64,000 nt of DNA from Azolla caroliniana (taxonomy: Eukaryota > Plantae > Polypodiophyta). Below, in pieces: positions 12,201 to 30,407 of this stretch; positions within the stretch are counted from its first letter, which is position 1, and the number at the start of each line of letters is the position of its first letter. Both the position numbers and the translations under genes were made by a program. The notes beneath the pieces are model-generated. The model saw only the letters and a list, made by a program, of their open reading frames with translations. It searched no databases and was not told the DNA's origin. The stretch covers positions 19,592,001 to 19,656,000 of the forward strand of contig JBHGNT010000015.1 of assembly GCA_043228905.1 (NCBI GenBank), read 5' to 3'.

Positions 12201-15200
12201 AATTATTACAAGAAACTAATCTCATGTTTCGACGTATTTTGTGCTTGGGCATTGGCCAGCCCCCCCCCCAATAATTCTCTTAATATCGAGTATAAATGCA
12301 GCTGGAATAGCACTTAAATTTAGATCTATGACTGGTTGATCTCCATTTCATATGACCTCTCGTAGAGTAAAACATGGTCTCACGTTTTGCATTGAGGATA
12401 CAATCTCATGCTGTCATCCTTACTTTCGATATTTTCTTGGAATAACCCCTTTGAAGTTCACGCCACTTGATTGGCTTTCTTCCCGTTTCTAGATGTACTG
12501 GGGTTGTGCTCTTAACCCCCTAAATGAAGGCAATGAAATCTCTTTTATACTTTCATTGTTTCATTCCACGAGCTTGCTGAAATGCTTCCTCCCATACCTG
12601 TTTTGTAAAGCAGAATTTGTGTGATGCATGCATACGAATGACATTGTTGTAATCTCCCATCTTTGGGTTGTGCGCAAGTGCCACATGCTCTCAAATTCAT
12701 ACTATGAATCTGTGTGGTTTCCATTCACCATGTATTCCAAGTGTGCTGACTAGGTATGGCAACACTGAGGTGTTTGAAACTGTGAACAACTTCAATTGCC
12801 TCCTCTTCATGATACTCTACAGGCTACTGACTTTCAGATTAGACATTTCTTCATAGTCTTGCAATTCGAGGACCAAAAGTGTTTCTGTGTAGACTTCTAT
12901 ACCATGGAACTTCGGAGGCACAAATAGTGCAACATCTCCCCACAACCATCCTAAGAACTCTTACCGTAACTTCGGATTTGCATGTGCATGTAAGCTAATG
13001 TGAGCCTTCATCTTTCTTCATTTTTTTTTGATAGATTGGAAGATCTAGAGTGGAAACTATCCTTTATTGCCCATCTCATCTTTGTTTTTTTTCTTGGCTT
13101 GTGAATTCTCTCAGTTTCAAGAGTATGTCCGAAGTTACGGCAATGTCTAATTTGACAGTCAATAGCCTGTAGAGTATCATGAAGAGGAGGCAATTGAAGT
13201 GGTTCATTGTTTCAAACACTTCGATGTTGCCATACCTAGTCACCACACTTGGAATACATGGTGAATGAAACCACACAGATTCATACTATGAATTTGAGAG
13301 CATGTGGCACTTGAGCACAACCCAAAGATGGGAGATTACAACAATGTCATTCGTATGCATGCATCACACAAATTCTGCTTTACAAAACAGGTATGGGAGG
13401 AAGCATTTCAGCAAGCTCGTGGAATGAAACAATGAAAGTATAAAAGAGATTTCACTGCCTTCATTTCGGGGGTTAAGAGCACAACCCCAGTACATCTAGA
13501 AACGGGAAGAAAGCCAATCAAGTGGTGTGAACTTCAAAGGGGTTATTCCAAGAAAATATCGAAAGTAAGGATGACAGCATGAGATTGTATCCTCAATGCA
13601 GAACGTGAGACCATGTTTTACTCTACGAGAGGTCATATGAAATGGAGATCAGCCAGTCATAGATCTAAATTTAAGTGCTATTCCAGCTGCATTTATACTC
13701 GATATTAAGAGAATTATTGGGGGGGGGGCTGGCCAATGCCCAAGCACAAAATACGTCGAAACATGAGATTAGTTTCTTGTAATAATTTGTGATCTCTCAC
13801 CGTTTGTTAAGACAAGAATAGGGGAGGGCAGGAGGAGAGATAGATTGATTGATTTGTCATATTATTGCCGCCCATGATGACCCCCATGACTATGGCCACC
13901 CCTCAAATAACTGGGGATCGAACCCGAGTCAAATAAGCGAGGAATGCATTCGAGCGAGAAAATAGAGAGAAATAGAAAAAAAAAAGACAAATACATACCT
14001 CAGAGTGGTGGCAAATAGCAGATGTGCAATCACCGAGAAGCGACAAGGAGCAACGAGTAGTGAGCGTGCTGGGAGCAATGGGCAACGACCAAGGAACAGG
14101 GAGTAGGAAGCGAGAAGGAGCAGGGAGTAGGAAGCGAGAAGAAGGAAAGCAAGAAAAGAGAAAATAGGGGGAAAAGAGAAAAGAGTGGGAAAAGAGAAAG
14201 AGGGGGGATTCGGGAATTTAGAAATGAAACATTGAAAGCATAGTTATTAGTCACGACTCACATTATACATAATACATATACAGTTATACTACTATAAAAT
14301 GTACATACTACAATGAACATTATAATAGTATTATGTATATGTCTTTGTAGTATCATGTATGTACATTTTATAGTATGTACATATACTACAATCTACAATA
14401 TACATAGTACATATTACAATATTAAATATACTATATATAATAGGTATTATGACATTATACAATGCCATATATATATATATGACATGGAAAATAAATTTTT
14501 AGCATGTCATTTGACTTGTATAAATTTTGGGCGCCTTTCACATGAAAAATGAAAATTGTAAGTTTATATGTCACTTGACGGACATTTTTATTGGGTGTGT
14601 GTTTTTTACGGGCATGACACCCGTCAAATTCCTGCCCTGATTGGAACGTGGTAATTCGCCTAGCGTGTTATTTCCATATTTTCTGTCAAAACTTGATAAT
14701 AATTGTATGGGGAACATGATATGTGTTCCATATCTTTGCAGGAACTGGATCTCAAGCAGTTTGAGTGGTTAGAATGTGGCAACCCAATCTAGTCGTGAAG
14801 TGGAAGAAAGGGATGGCTTTGCTTCTTGGACTCGCATAAGGATCACACCACGTCCATTGCAAAGGGTCCTAGCTAACCTTACGTAACCATATGTTTTCAT
14901 GAGTACATACATGCCATTTTGGTTGTACTTTGATTGGATTGAGATCTACAATCCATTTACAACCTGTATATCAAGTACTCGAATTACCATGTTCGATGTT
15001 GGTATCTCATTGTCTCGCAATTCATGGCCTTGGATCTTGTCCAGTGTTTCCCTACCTCTTTGGTTCAAAGAGCCCTCCTAATAGCCTATCCACTTCTCCA
15101 TCGTCATTCTTTGATTAACAGCTTCCCTAAGCAATAGAGCTTTCATAATTGCAGATCTCATTGTCCATCCACCCCTAATTCCATGGAGTATCCCTAATTC

Positions 15201-18200
15201 CATGGAGTATGTTGGCTTGATCTTGTATTGGCAATGACATAAACAGTCTCCAACATTCTATACTCTTTCCTAAATCTTAGTATTTGGGATATTTCTATGA
15301 GTTATATTAGATATTGAATTTATTTTTAACATATTTATAGGACCATGCAATTTAAGTCCTAGATTAATGTAAGTACACCTTGCCGTCAATTTAAGGCCTA
15401 AAATGGGAATGTTCTCCATTTGGTATTGAATGTTCCTAACATGCTGAAATACTGTTAAACATGCCATCTTATAAATGACTTCAGATCTCTTGGACACACC
15501 TAGATGATAGAAACTAGGTTTTGTGGCTTTTTCTGCAGCAAGTACCCAATTTGCCATGTGACCTTTGGTGGGGGATTTTGACGCATTGTCCTTACTTCCG
15601 ATATGCATTTACAAAATCTTAGCTTTCTTCAACTCTTTAGAAGCATATTAGGGATCATGGAGTGCAAACCCCTCAAAATAGTGGCATCAAAGTTTCTCTC
15701 TCATATTTTTTCTTCCTTTCCATTCCACGAGCTTGTTGAGCTACTGTCTCTTTGAATTTCAGTTCCAAAAGCAAAGTCTTAATATATTTGAAACTATGAA
15801 CCATTTCAATTACCTCCTCTTCATAACGCACTACAAGCATCCATCCTCGTTTGATAGGGCTTATCACAACGCCATTGACACTTTGGTCTTAGCCACATTG
15901 ACTGGTAGGCTCCTATATTCACAGAAAGTATGTACCCTGCTTAAAAGCTTCTGGAGTCTCCATTGAGAATATGCAAAAATTAAAACACTGTCTATATTGT
16001 GGTGTGCACATCACAATATAAATAGTAAGCAATACCGTGAAATGTCCAAGTACAAGTTGTTGCTCAAGTTCTCCTAAGGCTTTTCGGATGAACTCTTCTA
16101 GATGGGCACTAACCTACTTCTGGATACCTTCGCTACTGTTTTACAACCAATCAGTAACCGTTATGAGAACAGAAATGTGTGAAGATCGCCACTCTCTCCA
16201 AGTTTTTGGATCATCGATTTAGCTGATAACATTTCCTTTTTTTGCCAGATCAGCTAAAGATCACTTCAGTAAAAAGGTTTAAAAGGCATACTTGCTTCAT
16301 GAAACAAATATCCATTAAACATCTAATCTAAGCCTAACCAATCAGTAACCGCTATGTAAACAGAAATGTGTGAATATCTCCACTCTCTCCAAGTTTTTGG
16401 ATCGTCGCTTTAGCTGATAACATTTCCTTTTTTTGCCAGATCAGAAACATTCATTTCAGTAAAAAGGTTTGAAAGGCACACTTGGTTGGTGAAACAAATA
16501 TCCATTAAACGTCTAATCTGAGCCTAGCATAGATATATACATAATTTTGGTTCATTAAAACAATATCCATTGAATGTCAATTAGGACTAGCTTGGTAAAT
16601 TTGTAGTAATATTCCATACCTTTGTGGTCGTTTGTAGCATTGTCTCTGGATCAACATGCATATGCTTCAAGGCAAAATCCAAGAAGAGAAGTGTTAGGTT
16701 TGTATAGAAGAGGTAATTCGAAGTAACAAATCCTCTCCAATCCTCTGTGTAGACTGTGCATTTTGAGCTTGGGTCGTTACCAGAGCTACCACCTAAATTC
16801 CAAGGTTGAATATAATCTAGCCATAACTCTGCAACTTCAGAGACCTTCTTTACATGCTGAGTTAATGATGCAGACCACAATGATGATGAGAAAGCTCTCT
16901 GGAGAAACTTGTATAATGGTCTCTGCAATTGTTGCGAGTATGTACTACTAGAAGGTGTGACCGTGGAAGAATCTGGATTGCAAGAGTTAATTGTATTGTT
17001 TAACCTGTTGATGTGGTTCACAAATATCTGCAAGCTACGGATTAACCTTGAATTTAATACATGGACAGAGCTAGAAACGTGAGTTGAATCTGCATCCTCA
17101 TTACTGAGCCAGAATGCAACCAAGGTATTCACAACAAATTCTCCTCTAGCCCTAGTTTTAGATGTGTTTGAATAATTAGTACTATAGTTGTTCTCCAATG
17201 AATTTTGTCGCAGATCTGGTGGCCATGGATGATCTCCTGAAGAAATGTTAGAAGTTTCTTGCAGAGATAATGAAGAAGAAGATAATGGCGTCGAAACGGT
17301 GACAAAATGTGTCAGATAAAGATGTAGAAGGTGGAGATATGGGTCCACGATATTCAGGACCGCATTGCTATGATGTGAATGCTGACCAGATTGAGTACTA
17401 TAACCAAAACTCGATATTGACCAGTTAGTCAGAAACTTCCGTTTCTGAAACGTTTCCCCAAGACTAAATTTGTTATCTTTCGTCTGATCGGACCCATTTG
17501 TGTTTCTGTTCCCCTTTCTGTTACCGTATCTTTCTTCCTTACTGTTACTGTCACCGTTTCTGTTTCTTTCTTCTTTACTGCTACTGCTCCTTTCTTCTTC
17601 TCGCTCACAGAGAGCGTAGTAAGCAAACCAGAAGAAGAAATACTCAAAAACGTCAATTTGCAGAACAAACGTGTATGACGATGGTTCATTTGATAATGAG
17701 TTATTGGTATCGATCTGTTGCTTGATTCGATCTCTAAAGAAACTAGGCAATTTCGAGAAATTATATCTATGGCTGTGGCTATGGCGAGCTCCATAATTGA
17801 CTGATCTGCCGATAATATTGTCATTTCTCGTCAGATATGGTTGAATCCAGTGCGGGAGCCTCTCCGTGGGGAAGGCGAAGAGCAATGGCGACCTCTGAAG
17901 TTTTTCAAGTTTCGAGAAAGAGCTGAACAAAGGACCTGAAGGGCTCAACAGAGACAGAAGAGATTTCGTCTCTTGTTCAGAATTAGTCAGAGATAGCCAA
18001 CAGTCAGAGCTTCTTGCTGCAGAAGAAGGAGCACACGATAATGGAGTCTGATCACGTCTCTTTCCGTTTCCTTTTTCTTCTTCTTCTTCTTCTTCTTCTT
18101 CTTCTTCTTTTTCTTTCTGTTGGAATCCGAAGATCTTCTGCAGGAGCGATGGGAAGCTGAAAGAGAAGAAATCCCGGGCATGGGAAGCGAAATGTTGACT

Positions 18201-18368
18201 GTGTAGGAGCTCCTCTAGACAGCGGGAAGCAGTGGAGACGGAGTCAAAAGTAGTAGTACTAGAAGTAGCAGAAGAAGAAGAAGAAAGAGAATGGAAAGAA
18301 GTGGTAGGAGGAGGAGGAGAAAGGGAGGGATGGAGCTTTGGTTCTGCAGAGAAGGCGAAGGTCGCCAT
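9259..18368 (-). CDS. Sphingomyelin phosphodiesterase 4 (nSMase3/SMPD4)-like protein, exons 1-2; further 3' exons not identified
   Basis: Exon 1 is 18368-16620 (583 codons, AAG|GTATG donor) and carries DVFEYFFFWFAY, LQRPLYKFLQRAF, ELWLDYIQPW and WRGFVTSNYLFY, which parallel SMPD4-family motifs. Exon 2 is 9393-9259 (tag|ATT...CAG|gt, 45 in-frame codons ILNVLAGS...VQDQLQ). Intron 1 is 7.2 kb. Confidence 0.8.
10640..11332 (+). mobile_element. Probable solo or orphan LTR in SMPD4-like intron 1
   Basis: Termini GTTACGT...ACGTAACA are inverted. It contains a GC-rich 54-bp tandem pair (about 10750-10841), a TATAAATA box, a GA microsatellite and a repeated gaggtcgttgcctc. No TSD was seen. Confidence 0.55.
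11413..14639. mobile_element. Long foldback or inverted-repeat element with CAGGGCAGG termini; arms about 11413-12847 and 13142-14639
   Basis: cagggcaggaatttgacgggtgtcatgcccgtaaa is mirrored at the right end. Reverse-complement identity continues for about 1.4 kb, and the same ORF starts appear on opposite strands (11773+ and 14254-). The spacer is about 290 bp. Confidence 0.93.
13165..13560 (+). mobile_element. LINE RT C-terminal fragment inside the right foldback arm (mirror copy at about 12430-12825 on -)
   Basis: The degenerate translation YHEEEAIEVVHCFKH...ISASSWNE...GVKSTTPVHLETGRKPI resembles the post-RT region of non-LTR elements (IEVVxxFKYLG...LETG). Confidence 0.7.
15270..15870 (-). 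mobile_element. Degenerate LINE fragment related to the one in the foldback arms
   Basis: The translation includes YEEEVIEMVHSFKYI. Shared nucleotide words with the arms include cattccacgagcttg and ttcaattacctcctcttca. Confidence 0.65.
16145..16525. repeat. Tandem duplication, 2 x about 191 bp, in SMPD4-like intron 1
   Basis: aaccaatcagtaaccg...tatccattaaac occurs at 16145 and 16336. Confidence 0.92.
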
Positions 18369-18780
18369 GAATCCTTCCTTCTTCTTCTTCTTCTTCTTCT
18401 TCTTCTGCTATTCCTTTGCTTTCTAGCTTTTTGATTTTTCCCCCCTTGTTCTGCGTTTTGCGTTCTGCGTTTTGCGTTTGTGCTTTTTGCTTTTGCTTTT
18501 TGCTTTTTTGCCTTTGTGGTTGGAAAACATTTCAGAGGTCGCCTTTTGCTTTTTTTGTTTTTTTCCCCCTTTTTACTTCTGTTTTTCTTCTAAGTTTTGG
18601 GCTTTTTGGGCTTTTTTTGTTGTGGCCTTTATTGCTTTTTGCGTCGATCTTTTTGGCCTTTTGCTTTTTTTTTAAAAGCAGCCGCCACTCTCGACCCGCT
18701 GCATTGAAAATTAAGAAGAAGCGCCGGGGGAAGCCGTGTGAAACGAAACGGCTGTTTTCATAAACGCCTCTTGCCTAACA

Positions 18781-19001
18781 CATCATGAGCCAAGCAATCG
18801 CTATAAAAACTGCACCAAGTACCCCACGAGAACCCATCAGTTTGAGGCATCGGTTCCTATTGGGCAGTCCAATCCATTCGAACTGTTAGGACATACATCA
18901 ATAGCCAAGCAATCGCTATAAAAACTGCACCAAGTACCCCACGAGAAGCGATCAATTTGAGGCATCAGTTCCTGTTAGGCAGTCCAATCCATTCGAACTG
19001 T
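18781..19001. repeat. Tandem duplication, 2 x about 116 bp, upstream of the SMPD4-like gene
   Basis: agccaagcaatcgctataaaaactgcaccaagtaccccacgagaa...ggcagtccaatccattcgaactgt occurs twice. Confidence 0.92.
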
Positions 19002-21799
19002 CTGGACTCGGGGCTTCGAAACCGAGACCACAAACATTGTCCTTATATCTTTATTTTCATAGAAATTGAGAGTATGAAGCTTATGTCTAGAAGTTGGCTT
19101 CTCATATTCTGCCTCTGCGATATAGATACATTCATCATGGTAGTTATCTTGGAAAACCCTCATTCATTCTAAGACTTAATCTTAGATTTGAGCTTATTAT
19201 TTCGCCTTGTTCGCGACATCAACCCAAATCCCATGATTGATGTTTAATGTGAGGCTCCATCCACTCATCTAATTTTGGTAAACGAGTTAAGACCATGTAT
19301 GCTCGTAACACGCAAACAAACAAGAGATTGACATTCTTGTCACATGCACCCTTGCTTTTTTTGCAAATGCTTGGTTGTTGTTGCAGTATGCTTTCCTGCA
19401 CCTTGCCAATCAAAACTAATTTACATACTTCTAATTTAGATCCTCTCCTTGGATCATCCCTTTTTAGAGTAAGATGAATGGTTTCCAAGCTAATTTTGCT
19501 TGAGCATACTTTGCTTAGCCAACATGGATGACTATGCATTCAATGTTCTACAAGTGTTGTAGCAACTTTGACACACTCAAGCCTATAAACTTTTAAAAAA
19601 CTACTCAAATTTGAATTCTCGTTTGAAGTATTACATTATTCTCAATAAATCTAAATCTTATGTCAACGTGTGGACATTGCTTTGATGGGTTGTTATGCTG
19701 CATGTATTTGATGCTTTTGATATCGCATTTTTTCGAACTTTTCCTTCGACTAATTAATAATAACGATCATCGTCAACGTAATATTATAATCAATCATGAA
19801 ATAGACTTGTGTATTCGAAAATGCTAGATGCGAATTTCCCAAAAAAATGTGAATGTTTGAATCATTAAATCCCACGATTCCAAAACATTGCCTACTACTT
19901 TTATGGTGGGAATTTCCACATTATGATGAGCGAGTGCATTGTTATCTTCGCAAACATTCATCCATGGTTGTTATGTTGTAGTTCAAATGAAGTTTTGATG
20001 TTTCTTGTGTAATCTACATTTTTTGAAATTTGTTCCATAATTCAATAATGACAACATGATGATGGCATTACATGGAAATATCAAAATGTTAGATGACACG
20101 CCTTTAGAATTATGGCACATGAGACTTTACACACCCCTCCCCATCAAGTAGATCTAAATTTAGTTGGTTAGTGACGCTCTAACGTCATCCATGGCAAAGT
20201 AGATATGTCTAGATAGATACTTAACTCAAGCATAAATGTTCCGTTATTTATGTCTTGAAGTATGATGCCACAATCAAGAATGTGCTCTACAACAACAAGA
20301 CCAACATAACCCTCCATGCTCATTCCATGTACTTCCATGAGAAGGCGCGAGGGATTAAAGCGTAATTAACTTATTATGACAACGTGTAAGCAAGCACATT
20401 GGCTTGGTATGGTCTCTCTTTAGAGATCGAATCCCATCTAATAAAATGATGAATTTCCCCGTTTCTAATATCAGAATTGTGAGTATATATGATCATGATG
20501 TTGAAAACACTACCCTCAATTTTACTCTCTAATTCACACACGTCAACATGAGGGGCATAATGGTAAAGGTTGCGCTTTGCAACCTCGAGATATGATTTCT
20601 TTCTGGTGTATTTGGTTGGTCTTGAATTCCATTAGCCATTTTGTGGCAGATAAAATGGATAGAGTACACATGAATTTAAATGCATATGCAAAATTCCACA
20701 AGAGTTGTCAATCATGGGCTGAATGACATTCATTATAATTACACAAATTGCGAGTTGTTGGAACATAAAAAATATTACATGACAAAGAATCGTGGAAATA
20801 AAGATCGCAACCTTTGTAAATATGCTTCATGATGAGGATTTCTATGTTCTAACACATGAATCACGGCTTATTGAACCACATATCACATGTTATTGAGCCA
20901 CATGCTCCACATGTCAGGAAAATGTACAATCTCCAAACAAAATAAAGCATAAAGGCTCATTTTTGCTAAGCTAAAACGTTAGGTGTGACAAGATAAAAAA
21001 AACTGGTGATTAAATTTGCGACAAACAAAGACACGACGAGTTATTAAATTAACTATTCATCAAACCTAGAATTGCTCGAGTAATATTAGTGCCAAGTTTT
21101 GGGATGCGATGAAGATTCCTCCCTCTTGTCATGCTCAATTGTTTGATTTGATAGTGCTAACAATTTATTTGAGCTTGCTATACACAAGAACCACTAATTA
21201 AGAGTTATTTGAATGCTCATCGAACTACTGATAATAAAGAACAAATTTAACAACCTCTTTGAAGGATTTTGGATCCTTATCGTGCATCATCCAATGATAG
21301 TTTGAATTGGGAATGCCATTGACAAAACAAACAATTAACCAATTGTCCCCTTCTAGACCGGATTTTTGAAGTTGGGTTCAAGCATGGTGAACATGATCTT
21401 CTAGTGAGGAAAATTTATGGCGAGAGAGGTTCATTAATGCTTGCATTGCCTCAATGTGAGATGGAGGTTGTAGAAATTGACCCTTGAAATTTGTGACAAA
21501 GTCAGTCTAGGTATCTAGCAAAACCCCAATAGTGCGAAACCCATGCCACTAGGCAGCAAGTAGCCTTACCCCCTAATTCTCAATTCACAAATGCAATATT
21601 TGTACTATCTAGCTTGGGATAGAGCATTACAAACCAAGAAGATGGTGGGCGTGATGCCAATGGGCTCGAAGATTGGCAAGGAGGGTTTCACAATGTTGAT
21701 GGCCAAGGCAACGAGCATTTTGGGTAACTGTGGTTCGGGATGCCACCGAATAGGGACAAGGAGCTCATGTGAATGGAGATAGGGACACTACAAATATGC

Positions 21800-22065
21800 T
21801 GATGTCGATGCCGGTGTTGGCACAAGCATGTGTAGAAAAGAACATGAAAGCAAGGTTTGTGATGCCAATGGTGGTGTTGGCACAAGCATGTGCAGAAAAG
21901 AACCCGAAAGGAGGGTTTGTGAAGCTGATGCTAGTATTGGCACAAGCACGAGCAAAAAAGAACCCGAAATTAGGGTTTGGTGATGCCGATGTTGGTATTG
22001 GCACAAGCACAACCAAAAAAGAATCGGAAATCAGGGTTTGTGATGCCGATGTTGGTACTGGCATG
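21800..22065. repeat. 60-bp minisatellite, about 4.5 degenerate copies
   Basis: The unit gggtttgtgatgccgatgttggtattggcacaagca...aaaagaacccgaaa recurs with a 60-61 bp period. Confidence 0.9.
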
Positions 22066-22344
22066 GACACAGACACAGACACAAGACACAGGCACACACA
22101 GACACACACATAGACACACCTCATCATCCACTTCAACATTGATAGGGACACTGGCATTGAAGATGCCGGAACTGAAGTTGACGATCCGATGCGGACCCGG
22201 AAGAAGGTCGGTCTGGGGAAAAAGCTATGGGGATTTTGATGATTTTGATTTTAACTAGTCAATTAATTGGAATTGGGGGAAAACCCACAAATTTATTATT
22301 CCCCCAATTATCAATCAGGAAATGTTGACCAAAAGACAGACAAA

Positions 22345-22391
22345 CACAAGAGACACAGAACAGAGACAGAGACAAAGACAGAGACAGAGAC

Positions 22392-22450
<59 letters not shown>
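22345..22450. repeat. (GACAGA)n and (GA)n microsatellite in the V-ATPase B promoter or leader
   Basis: Seen directly in the sequence. Confidence 0.9.
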
Positions 22451-22451
<1 letters not shown>

Positions 22452-22846
22452 GGGTACAGAGTTCGATTCCTCCCTGTACTCATCTTATATCGACAAGCTC
22501 TGTTTCTTTGCCTTTGCTGCACCACATCTCCCCATTTTTTCTTCAGATCTTAGCCTCTTCTGCAGCACTACTACAGTGTAAGACACCTCCCACACCCCTT
22601 CCCCTCCCATTCTCTCTCTCTCTCTCTCTCTATGTGTATGAGATGGATAAATAGAATTGGGTCATCGCTCTATTACACAACATTATGCACACATATACGC
22701 GTGTGTGTATAGTTTGTTTTGTTTTGGATTTGGATCACAAATTCCGATACAATTAGTTGAGATTTCTTATTCTTCAGATCTTGTAGATCATCCACAGAGC
22801 TTTGGGGAAGACAGTGAAGGAAAAAGGACCCATAAAGCAGTAAGCA

Positions 22847-28709
<5,863 letters not shown>

Positions 28710-30407
28710 ATGATGTGTTTTGCCTACTCTCTTTGGGACATGATAGGCAATTTTTATTTTAGGAGGTGCCAAGTATACTCAAGCCATATGAGTTTGTTAA
28801 ATAAGCAGATTTGTGATCATCATTGTCCTGTTATTTAATTTGTTTGTCATAACTTCACCCACTGATTGTTTGTGGGTTTGAGTTGTGTAATCGAGTATCA
28901 TATTTTCTTATATGAAGCAAGGGTATTGCCAACCTACCTTTCCTTTGTGTGAAGGCTTTGTCATAAGTCTTGTTATTTGATTGTGAATCATATATTGTAA
29001 TCATCACTTTATAATACATGCAATGCCATTGATTAGAGTAGGAAATATTAACCATAAGAGTATGGTATCAGTTTGCATGTAATATTTAATCCCTTTTATA
29101 GTGTATGTAGAAAACTAGCTAGAGATGATATTAAAAGGTTTAAAACAGTTTTTCGTTCTATGTTTCTGAGATTCTGATTTGATATCTCACTAAAACTTAG
29201 TATAAAGTGACGTCATTGAGCAAATCATTACCTTACTGTACATTCACAATCTACCATGGATTTAGCAATTGAGAGGAGAATAAAAGATATTTTGCTCTAG
29301 GAAGCTCAGAAAATTAATAGATTCATCATTTCATCTGGGGAAGTAATGACTTCTGCAACTGCAGGAAAATTTCTTGGAGTACTCTTTGTATCTGCTAAAG
29401 TTTTCTGTGTCAAATCAAGTGGATTTATCAATGGCACCTTGCAAAGTCCATGCACATTGGAACTAACAAATATCATGTTTGCTAATAACTTGACAACAAA
29501 TCTGATATTTTTGCTTTGCCAAGTGGAATGGTGAAGTATTAGGATATCTCCATATTTGCTTCATGAATACATGCTACATAAGACTCTTCTTAACTAATTT
29601 CAAAACTGGCAAGGGCAGGACTTCGTGTATATATACAATATTATGTGTGCTAATGTAGGTACAATACTATGTTTACTAATGTACGACTATAAACCAGTCT
29701 GACTACAACAAGAATGAGAACACATGAAATTAACATTTAAATCACATTTAATGCACAGTATATTCCTCAACGCTTATTACAAAATGGATATCCCATGTTC
29801 TCTAATGAGTGTTTACATACGTTTTAGAGCTCAAATTTTCATCATGTTGTAGCTTTGATTTTCCTGATTGTCCTCGTATCCATCCCTAAGTTTGGCATCA
29901 CTCTGATAAGAATTAAGAATTGCAATAAAATAACAGGGGTTCTTTAGTGAAATGGGTATCCACATTTGTTTCTGAACCAATGGGCCTGCAAGATTACGTC
30001 TTCCTTCAAATTCTTCTTCAATTTGTAGACTTGAGAGTTGTCTGCAATGCACTCCGATTTGAGGTTCACATTGCTCTCATTGCAATCCTCCCCCAATCGC
30101 ATATCTCATTTCCCCCTTTACCCTTCCCCTCTTTTTAGTGCTCATCTCAGTAGGGGATTTCAGACCATTAACCAAAAGCATCATGACAAATACCATGCAA
30201 CAGAGCAAACGAAAGAGAGGTTGATATATGGTATCTGAAATGTAACAAAGCACATATAGAATTTAATAATTAAGGCGAAAAGGGAAACCGAAACATTAAT
30301 ACAACGCAAAATACAATTATGAAGGTGCTTTTGTTACAGGAATGAGGAGACATCTCAAGTTTCAACCTTGCCATCACCATCACCATCATTTAAGAGAGTG
30401 AGGAGAT

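Noticed and set aside
18416-18763. Phe/Leu-rich ORFs opposite the SMPD4-like leader
   Set aside because: They are translations of T-rich simple sequence.
21688-22654. Several overlapping ORFs of 65-130 aa
   Set aside because: They arise from the 60-bp minisatellite and GA microsatellites and show no protein family signal.
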